Part shown: positions 35,997 through 44,821 of the stretch, piece after piece
Numbering within the stretch: position 1 is the stretch's first letter
Layout of the letters: each line of letters opens with the position of its first letter
Source of the DNA: an uncultured Bacilli bacterium
Lineage (GTDB): Bacteria; Bacillota_I; Bacilli_A; RF39; UBA660
DNA: 64,000 nucleotides
Direction of reading: 5' to 3'
Assembly: GCA_934162195.1 (NCBI GenBank)
Contig: CAKPHO010000004.1
Coordinates: forward strand, 7,031-71,030
Position numbers and translations under genes: made by a program
Notes under the pieces: model-generated
Databases searched by the model: none
Told to the model about the DNA's origin: nothing
The model's input: only the letters and a program-made list of their open reading frames with translations

Positions 35997-36005
35997 TTAC
36001 ATCAC

Positions 36006-37802
36006 CTAACTTAATTCTTTAAATTGTTTAATTAAATTATCAAACATCTTAATTGCACTTTCAACTACTTCACTCTTTGTAACATCAATACCAGCAATTT
36101 TAAGTTCGTTTGCTGGATAGTCACTACCACCTAAAGATAAGAATTTCTTATAGTTTTCAAGAGCGTTTGGTTTATCATTTAATATGCCATCTGCAATATA
36201 ACATGCGCAAGACAAACCAATGGCATATTTATAAACATAAAAATCATAATAGAAATGAGGAATTCTTTCCCATTCATATCTAATAACATCGTCAACTACA
36301 ACATCAGGTCCAAAATATTTTTTATTTAATTCATAATACTTATCCGAAAGTAATTGACTAGTTAGTATTTCGCCTTTTTCTTTTAAGGCATGCATAACTC
36401 TTTCAAATTCCGCAAACATAGTTTGTCTATAAATTGTCGATTTAAAATTATTCATCATTTCGTTAATAATATATTTTTTTTCATTTACATCATCAGTATG
36501 ATTTAAGATGTAATATTTTAATAACAATTCATTAACGGTAGATGCGACTTCAGCAACAAAAATTTTATAACTAGAATATTGATATGGATTATTATGACAC
36601 GAATAATATGTGTGCATTGAATGACCAAGTTCATGAGCAAGTGTTGACACATCACCAAATTTACCATTAAAGTTTAGTAACACATATGGATTTGTATCAT
36701 AGAAACCACTTGAATAGGCACCTGTTCTTTTTCCTTTATTATTATAAACATCAATCCATCTTTCACCAAAAGCTTTATTTAGATTTGCTACATAATCTTC
36801 TCCTAAAACCGCTAGTGCTTTCAAAACTAACTCTTTAGCTTCTTCAAATGTATAATTTTTTGAACAATCAGGTACTAAAGAATTATATTGATCATATAAA
36901 TGGAATTCATCTAAACCTAAAACTTCTTTTTTTAAATCAAAATATTTATATAAAACATTTAAATTATTAGACACTGTATCTATTAAGTTATTATAAACTT
37001 CAGTACTAATATTATCATCAAATAAAGATGCTTCTAAACTGCTTGAATATTTTTTTAACTTCGCCATAGTAGTTAAAACTTCAACATTACCAGCAAAAGT
37101 ATTAGCTATAGTATTTTTATAGTTACTATAGGTTTTTAATAACATTTCAAAAGCTTCTTTTCTAACATCTCTATTAGTAGATTCTATAAACGAAGAATAA
37201 TTGCTTTCAGTAAGTTCAATTTCTTCACCTTTATCATTTTTTACTTTACCAAATCTTAAATCAGAATCAGTAAGAGCCTCAAATACTTGTTCTGGAGTAC
37301 TATTTATATTAGCAAAAGATGAAATAATACTCTCTGCTTCTGTGTTTAATATATGATCTTTGTATCGATATAGTTGTTCCAACAAAAACTCATATTCTTC
37401 TAATCTTGGTTCTTCTTTATAAAATTCTTTTACTTGACTATAATCTATTTTCATCATTTCAGGATTAGCAAAGGAATCTAATCTATTATATTCAGCTAAC
37501 AAATTTTCAATTTTACCATTCATCTTTTGATATTCATCATTTGTTGTATCACTATCAAAATTTAGATGAGCATAATAATAAAGCTTATATAATTTTCTTT
37601 CTAAATTCATTGAGAACTCAATATAATCAAGTAAATTTTTAGCATTTTTTACAATATTACCTTTAAATTCTAGAACTTTTTTTATTTCTTTTGAAGCCAA
37701 ATCATAATCCTCATACCATGAATCTACATCTTTGTAAATCGGTGTCAAATCCCATTTATATTTTTCTTCAATTTCACTTCTAGTTTTTTGTCTTTGTTCC
37801 AT
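36006..37802 (-). CDS. pepF: oligoendopeptidase F (M3B)
   Basis: 598 aa with the HELGHSMH zinc motif and the typical PepF N-terminus (WDLTPIY). Confidence 0.9.
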   Translation of the reverse strand: MEQRQKTRSEIEEKYKWDLTPIYKDVDSWYEDYDLASKEIKKVLEFKGNIVKNAKNLLDYIEFSMNLERKLYKLYYYAHLNFDSDTTNDEYQKMNGKIENLLAEYNRLDSFANPEMMKIDYSQVKEFYKEEPRLEEYEFLLEQLYRYKDHILNTEAESIISSFANINSTPEQVFEALTDSDLRFGKVKNDKGEEIELTESNYSSFIESTNRDVRKEAFEMLLKTYSNYKNTIANTFAGNVEVLTTMAKLKKYSSSLEASLFDDNISTEVYNNLIDTVSNNLNVLYKYFDLKKEVLGLDEFHLYDQYNSLVPDCSKNYTFEEAKELVLKALAVLGEDYVANLNKAFGERWIDVYNNKGKRTGAYSSGFYDTNPYVLLNFNGKFGDVSTLAHELGHSMHTYYSCHNNPYQYSSYKIFVAEVASTVNELLLKYYILNHTDDVNEKKYIINEMMNNFKSTIYRQTMFAEFERVMHALKEKGEILTSQLLSDKYYELNKKYFGPDVVVDDVIRYEWERIPHFYYDFYVYKYAIGLSCACYIADGILNDKPNALENYKKFLSLGGSDYPANELKIAGIDVTKSEVVESAIKMFDNLIKQFKELS

Positions 37803-37822
37803 AGTCTCTCCTTAAATATACG

Positions 37823-37849
37823 AGAAGTTCTAGACTAGCTAGAACTTCT
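37823..37849 (-). terminator. strong hairpin between dnaK and pepF (attenuator or processing site; weak U-tract)
   Basis: AGAAGTTCTAG-actag-CTAGAACTTCT, an 11-bp perfect stem. On the minus strand it is not followed by a clean T-run. Confidence 0.4.
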
Positions 37850-37851
37850 TT

Positions 37852-39678
<1,827 letters not shown>

Positions 39679-39689
39679 TCACCTTTCCT

Positions 39690-40241
39690 TTATTCTGAAA
39701 CCCTGACCATTGCTGGACGGATTACTTTATCTTTTAATAGATATCCTTTTTGTAAAACCTCTATTACCATTCCAGGTTCTACACCTTCTCTTTTTTCTGT
39801 CATAACAGCTTGATGATAAGTTGGATCAAATGGTTTATTTATTCCATCAATAGCTTTAACTTCATACTTTTCCATCGTATTAACAAAACTGCAATAAATC
39901 ATTTTGAATCCTTCTAAAAACTTAGAAACTTCATCAGTTAAGTCATCATCATCCATTTTTATTGCTCTTTCAAAATTATCAATTGTTGGAAGAAGTTCTT
40001 TTACTAAGTCTTCATTTGAAAACTTTAACATTCGAGCGATTTCTTCATCTTTTCTTTTGCGATAATTTATCAAATCAGCTTTAGCTAATAAAACATCTTG
40101 TTCTAATTTCTTGTTTTCTTCTTTTAACTTACCTATCTCTTCTTTATGTTTGTTCTTTTTAGGTTCGTGACACTCACACTTTTCAGAGCAAGTACATTTT
40201 TCATCATGTTTTTCTTCACATTTACATTTATCTTTTTCCAT
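39690..40241 (-). CDS. grpE: nucleotide exchange factor GrpE with Cys/His-rich N-terminal extension
   Basis: GrpE core (LLPTIDNFERA, FDPTYHQAV, KGYLLKDKVIRPAMV). The N-terminus is MEKDKCKCEEKHDEKCTCSEKCECHEPKK. Confidence 0.92.
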   Translation of the reverse strand: MEKDKCKCEEKHDEKCTCSEKCECHEPKKNKHKEEIGKLKEENKKLEQDVLLAKADLINYRKRKDEEIARMLKFSNEDLVKELLPTIDNFERAIKMDDDDLTDEVSKFLEGFKMIYCSFVNTMEKYEVKAIDGINKPFDPTYHQAVMTEKREGVEPGMVIEVLQKGYLLKDKVIRPAMVRVSE

Positions 40242-40250
40242 TTTAACCTC

Positions 40251-41237
40251 CTATTTACAATTTTCCTTGATGTAATTTAGAAGTGAAACTACTCTTTCAT
40301 ATTCCATTCTCTTAGGACCTATCAAAGCAATTGTTCCTTCTTCACCATCAATAGAATATTTGGTTTTAATAATTGTTAAATCGTCATCTAAATCATTTTC
40401 ACTACCAATATAAACATTGATGCCATTATCTTCTTCTTTGATATTATTAATTAATGATTTATCATGGAATTTATTAATTATCTCTCTTATTTTATTGGTA
40501 TTATCAAATTCTGGTTGCATCAAAATATTTTTGGCTCCAGCCACTTTAAAATTTTGATCATTTTTAAAATCAGCAAATGCATTATAAAAAGCATTATATA
40601 AAGCTTCGTGTTGCTTTACATACCTAGAAATAATTGGTTTTATTTCAAACTCTAAAGCAGCACTTACTTCATCAATTGGTGTACCTACTAAAAGCTTATT
40701 TATTAAATCAACAGTTTGTTTTATGTCATTTAGTGATACATGTTCTTCTAAATACATATTTTTATGCTCAACATAGCCCTTATCAGTAACTACTATTGCT
40801 ATTAACTGTTGTTCATTAAGTGGTACTACCTCTAATTTACTAATTTTATTTTCCTTTGATGATTTACCTAAAACTACCGCTGTATAATTAGTAAGTTCTG
40901 ATATTATTTCCATACTTTTTGTAATAACATCACTCAACACCAAATTTTTATTGTGGAAAACAGTCTGCAATTTCAACATGTCTTCACCACTCAATTTTTT
41001 TGGTTCCATCAAGTAATCAACATAATATCTATATCCCTTTTCACTAGGAACTCTACCAGAAGATGTATGTGTTTTTTCTAACAGACCTAACTCCTCTAAC
41101 TCACTCATTTCATTACGAATTGTTGCACTTGAACATTTCATAATACTACAAAGTGACTTCGAACTTATTGGCCTAGCACTTTTTATATAATCTTCAACAA
41201 TAAGTCTTAGTAAAGTTTCTTTTCTGTTACTAATCAT
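40251..41237 (-). CDS. hrcA: heat-inducible transcription repressor HrcA
   Basis: N-terminal winged HTH (RPISSKSL...SSATIRNEMSELEELGLL). Position upstream of grpE-dnaK, with CIRCE operators upstream. Confidence 0.93.
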   Translation of the reverse strand: MISNRKETLLRLIVEDYIKSARPISSKSLCSIMKCSSATIRNEMSELEELGLLEKTHTSSGRVPSEKGYRYYVDYLMEPKKLSGEDMLKLQTVFHNKNLVLSDVITKSMEIISELTNYTAVVLGKSSKENKISKLEVVPLNEQQLIAIVVTDKGYVEHKNMYLEEHVSLNDIKQTVDLINKLLVGTPIDEVSAALEFEIKPIISRYVKQHEALYNAFYNAFADFKNDQNFKVAGAKNILMQPEFDNTNKIREIINKFHDKSLINNIKEEDNGINVYIGSENDLDDDLTIIKTKYSIDGEEGTIALIGPKRMEYERVVSLLNYIKENCK

Positions 41238-41249
41238 TAAATCACCTCT

Positions 41250-41276
41250 TTAGCAGACGTTATTCTCGAATGCTAA
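41250..41276. promoter_or_regulatory. CIRCE operator 1
   Basis: Minus-strand TTAGCATTC-N9-GTCTGCTAA, between the -10 and the hrcA RBS. Consensus is TTAGCACTC-N9-GAGTGCTAA. Confidence 0.8.
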
Positions 41277-41280
41277 TTTC

Positions 41281-41309
41281 ATTATACTAGTATATGTTAG
41301 CATTGTCAA
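41281..41309 (-). promoter_or_regulatory. hrcA operon promoter
   Basis: Minus-strand TTGACA (41304-41309), 17-nt spacer, TATAAT (41281-41286). Confidence 0.7.
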
Positions 41310-41323
41310 TATATGAGTGCTAA
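41297..41323. promoter_or_regulatory. CIRCE operator 2 (overlaps the -35)
   Basis: TTAGCATTG-N9-GAGTGCTAA. Confidence 0.8.
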
Positions 41324-41390
41324 AAAATTATTTTTTCACAAATTTTTCATTTTTTTACATTTTTATTACATAATATTATTAGGTGAAATT

Positions 41391-41891
41391 ATGAATATTA
41401 TTCTTTATTTTATTATTTTTATATCAAAAACAATTGAACTAGCTTTAGGTACACTTAGAATCATTGTTATTGCAAATGGAAGAAAAGTATTCGGAGCTAT
41501 TTTGCAAGGTATTATAGCAATTGTATGGATGTGTATTACTGGTGTTGTCATTGTAAATATTACAAAAGATCCATTTAAAATAGTAGCGTTTGCTCTAGGT
41601 TCTGCTTTTGGTTCATACGTTGGTAGTATGATAGAAGAAAAAATGGCTATTGGTAATAATATGCTAATTATTATTATAAAAAAGGAACTAGAAGAAAAGA
41701 TTGTTTCAATTATTAAAGATAACGGTTACAAAGTTACTAATGTTGAAAGTTGCGATAAAGAAAAATCTATATTGGTTGTTGTTCTAACTAGAAAGGATAG
41801 AAAAATGATTGTAAATTTAATTAGAAATGAGGATAAAGATGTTACTATCATCGCCAATAACGCTTTCAAATTAAATAACAAAAAAAGGTAA
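41391..41891 (+). CDS. UPF0316/DUF2179 family membrane protein
   Basis: Start at ATG 41391 behind AGGTGA. Three TM helices plus a C-terminal DUF2179-like soluble domain (layout like Bacillus UPF0316 proteins). Confidence 0.6.
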   Translation: MNIILYFIIFISKTIELALGTLRIIVIANGRKVFGAILQGIIAIVWMCITGVVIVNITKDPFKIVAFALGSAFGSYVGSMIEEKMAIGNNMLIIIIKKELEEKIVSIIKDNGYKVTNVESCDKEKSILVVVLTRKDRKMIVNLIRNEDKDVTIIANNAFKLNNKKR

Positions 41892-41914
41892 TTGAAAAGA
41901 TTATTTTAATTACC
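41887..41914. terminator. hairpin between convergent genes
   Basis: GGTAATT-14 nt-AATTACC flanked by an A-run and TTTGTTT. Confidence 0.45.
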
Positions 41915-41947
41915 TTTGTTTAAATGAATATATAACTAACATAACTA

Positions 41948-42814
41948 CTAATTTTCACAATATGAGGCATCATTATCATATGAATAACAATAACTATTAG
42001 TATTTCTATCTTCAGATTTAACATAACCATCTGAATAAGAAGTCAATCCAATTATTGAATCATCATCACCATTTTCACATCCACAACCAAACTCATTGAA
42101 ATTACGACAAATAAAATCTTCAGAATGATAATTTTTTAAAACCAATGCATTTCCTGTGTAATCTGCTTCATTTTCTGCATATCCATATTCACCATTTGTT
42201 AAACAATATTCCTTATTATTAACGTCAACGCATACATACGTCTCTGTTACTTTACTATCTTTATCCAACACATGTTTTAAATAATTATTTTTTCCTAATG
42301 TGCTTGCATCTTTTGTAAATTTAGAAGTGTCACTTGAATCTATTGTATCTCCTATCTTTATTCTATCTGTTGACCATCTATATACAACTGTTGATGAACT
42401 ACTATCTTTCTCTGTTGCTTCATATTTCTTATTTGCTGAGTTGTATGCTACTTCATAAGAACCTACTGTCATCTTTGAATCAGTTGTTACTTGTCCATTG
42501 CTTATTTTTATGGTTCCTGATGTTGGCTTATTTCCATTCATTTCTATTACTAGAGGTTCTGTTAATCCGTTACCTGTTAAATTTCCTTTGTCATTTATTG
42601 TATACGTTCCATCTGGAATACCATCACTATCTAGTCTTGCTGTTGCAACTGCTGTTTCTACAGCTTCAATATAATTATCTGCACTTCTCTCTGCGGCTCC
42701 TTTTTGTGATTTTTTTATTGTATTCATTACTATTGGTGTTGCTATTAATGCGATTATTGCTAGCACTACTATTACCGCTAGTAATTCGATTAAAGTAAAT
42801 CCTCTTTTTTTCAT
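41948..42814 (-). CDS. prepilin-type N-terminal domain protein with Cys-rich C-terminal module (paralog F)
   Basis: MKKRGFTLIELLAVIVVLAIIALIATPIV class III signal. Has the pilin module (GNKPTSGTIKISNGQVTTDSKMTVGSYEVAYNSANKKYEATEK). The distinct C-terminus has about 8 Cys and no GVRPVI ending. Confidence 0.85.
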   Translation of the reverse strand: MKKRGFTLIELLAVIVVLAIIALIATPIVMNTIKKSQKGAAERSADNYIEAVETAVATARLDSDGIPDGTYTINDKGNLTGNGLTEPLVIEMNGNKPTSGTIKISNGQVTTDSKMTVGSYEVAYNSANKKYEATEKDSSSSTVVYRWSTDRIKIGDTIDSSDTSKFTKDASTLGKNNYLKHVLDKDSKVTETYVCVDVNNKEYCLTNGEYGYAENEADYTGNALVLKNYHSEDFICRNFNEFGCGCENGDDDSIIGLTSYSDGYVKSEDRNTNSYCYSYDNDASYCEN

Positions 42815-42958
42815 CTTTCTTACCTCCCTTATGATTTACATTTTAATTATACCCTTTTTTGTTTATTATAAACATAGAGTCATAATACAACTTTTATTTC
42901 CATTATTATGCTTATAATACCATTCCTTTCTATTTTATATGTTTCATAAAGGTATAAC

Positions 42959-43006
42959 AAAAACACAAAGAAATCTAGATTATCAAAAATCTAGAAACTT
43001 TGTGTT
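42959..43006 (-). terminator. intrinsic terminator inside leader cassette copy 2
   Basis: Same composite hairpin (ACACAAAG/CTTTGTGT plus TCTAGA arms) followed by T5. Confidence 0.6.
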
Positions 43007-43034
43007 TTCTTTATCTTTTATTATTATAGTATGA

Positions 43035-43094
43035 TTAAATAACCCCCCCCCAGGTTAGGTTTTGAGCTAAGTTTATTTTTACATCTTTAACCAT
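43035..43094 (-). CDS. 19-codon leader ORF containing the G9 tract (copy 2)
   Basis: ATG at 43094. Sequence MVKDVKINLAQNLTWGGVI, then a stop. Same SD-like AAAGGTAGTGAT upstream. Confidence 0.5.
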   Translation of the reverse strand: MVKDVKINLAQNLTWGGVI

Positions 43095-43153
43095 ACTATC
43101 ACTACCTTTACTGTCTTTATTATACAGTTCTATATTTATTTTTGTCAACATTT

Positions 43154-43184
43154 ACAAAAAAATATTCGTTTTATTTACGAATAC
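43154..43184 (-). terminator. intrinsic terminator of the greA-like gene
   Basis: Minus-strand GTATTCG-loop-CGAATAT hairpin overlapping the stop codon, followed by T7 and then immediately the cassette -35. Confidence 0.6.
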
Positions 43185-43677
43185 ATTTTGTTTTTACATC
43201 CTCCTCTATTTTTATTATTTTATTTATTCTTCCAGAAATTATAGATTTTTCTACTGAATAGCTAAAGTTATCTCCTTGAGTTTTACCAATAACAGCCTTT
43301 CCTAATGGACTACTAATTGAAATAAAGTTTACTGGGTCTTTTGAGAGCTTTGTTTCAATTAATGTAAATGTAGATTTATTATCCTCATCATCAAAAACTA
43401 TTTCAAAAGTACTTCCTATTCCTATTTCATCACTGTTATTTCTTTCAACAATTTTACAATTTTGTAATTTTTCTTTAATATCGTTAAGCGCTGCAACATT
43501 CATAAAAGAATGTTGCAGTAAAGAACTGTCAAATAAAACTCTGGCTTCTTCTCCTTGACCAGTCTTTCTTTCTAAATAATTCTCTTTTCTTATTTCAAGA
43601 ATATCATTGAATTTTTCATTTTCATATTTTAATTGTCTTTTTAAATTTTCAATTTGTTCAGGCAAAAAATTATACAT
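43171..43677 (-). CDS. GreA/GreB family elongation factor-like protein
   Basis: C-terminal GreA-type domain (IGIGSTFEIVF...ISISSPLGKAVIGKTQGD). The N-terminal coiled coil is atypical. Confidence 0.6.
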   Translation of the reverse strand: MYNFLPEQIENLKRQLKYENEKFNDILEIRKENYLERKTGQGEEARVLFDSSLLQHSFMNVAALNDIKEKLQNCKIVERNNSDEIGIGSTFEIVFDDEDNKSTFTLIETKLSKDPVNFISISSPLGKAVIGKTQGDNFSYSVEKSIISGRINKIIKIEEDVKTKCIRK

Positions 43678-43732
43678 TTTATCTTCCTTTCCACACGAGG
43701 CATACTATGGCATAATACTTCTATCATATCAA

Positions 43733-44785
43733 CTAACTTAAGACAATAAAAAGTATAAAACCAATTCCAAATAACAAAGTTACTAAAGATAAAAATATTA
43801 AATTTAAATAACCATTTTGTTTTTTAGGATCGTTAAATTTCAAAGTGTATTGATATCCTTTTTCATTATTTAAATCCCTAGTATTTTCATTAGATTTCAT
43901 TTCTTTTCGACGTTCTATTATTGCTAGTAAAGTTTGTTTTTGTTCCGGAGTTAAACTATTAAATTTGTTATCTAACATATATTGAAGTTCATAATCATCT
44001 AAATTGTTCATATCTACATCTTGAGGAGCTTCTACCATAACTTGAGTTTCCATTCCTTTTTCATCAATACTATTAACATCATCAGATATAGTTTCAGATG
44101 TTGTTTCATTAACTTTTCTAACTTCCATTTTGTTATCATTATTTAAATAAGTATAATAAGTTTCTCCTGTATCTTTATCAATATATATATTTCTTTTTGT
44201 ATCAACTATAAAGTTTATTTCATCTGCTTTTCTACCTTTCATAACAGCAGCAAATTCTCTTCTTTCTTCTGGAGTTAATTCTCTTGTGTTTATACTGTTG
44301 GTTGACTCTAAATTAGCTTCTAATTTATCTTTTCTCATCTCTTTTACTATTTCTTCCTTATTTTTTACCCCATCGTTACTTTGAAGATTAACAGATTTAT
44401 TTTGACGTTCATTAAATTGGGTAACAAAATCTTTATTATTCATATTATCTTCTAAAACAGTGTACGAACCATCTTTATTTTCAATTTTTATATATTTATC
44501 ATCAAAGCCTTTCTCATCTTTAATTACCATTTGAGAAACACCATCTAAATTTAAGCTAGTAGTATCTTCTTTAGTTCTATCATAATAATCAAGTACTGCA
44601 GTTGTAACTTTATTTAAATCTTGTTCATCTAGGTTTATACCAGCTTCTTTTAGTAGATTCATTAATTCTGGACTAGAATACGCTGATTCTCTTATCTTTC
44701 TAATATAATTAAGTATGTCTTCTTTTGTCTTTAACTCACCAGAATTAACCTTACTTTTTATTAAATCTACAAACTTATTATTCAT
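43733..44785 (-). CDS. hypothetical tail-anchored membrane protein
   Basis: Start at ATG 44785 behind GGTGATAGT. Charged soluble region with a single C-terminal TM helix (LNLIFLSLVTLLFGIGFILFIVL). Confidence 0.55.
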   Translation of the reverse strand: MNNKFVDLIKSKVNSGELKTKEDILNYIRKIRESAYSSPELMNLLKEAGINLDEQDLNKVTTAVLDYYDRTKEDTTSLNLDGVSQMVIKDEKGFDDKYIKIENKDGSYTVLEDNMNNKDFVTQFNERQNKSVNLQSNDGVKNKEEIVKEMRKDKLEANLESTNSINTRELTPEERREFAAVMKGRKADEINFIVDTKRNIYIDKDTGETYYTYLNNDNKMEVRKVNETTSETISDDVNSIDEKGMETQVMVEAPQDVDMNNLDDYELQYMLDNKFNSLTPEQKQTLLAIIERRKEMKSNENTRDLNNEKGYQYTLKFNDPKKQNGYLNLIFLSLVTLLFGIGFILFIVLS

Positions 44786-44821
44786 ACTATCACCAACTAT
44801 AGTATAACATAAGACTCTCAT

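Larger units (their letters stand above)
42947..43148 (-). promoter_or_regulatory. conserved promoter-leader-terminator cassette, copy 2
   Basis: Contains TTGACA (43143-43148), an 18-nt spacer, TATAAT (43119-43124), the leader ORF, a G9 tract (43043-43051) and a terminator hairpin. Homologous to 28330-28535. Confidence 0.7.
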
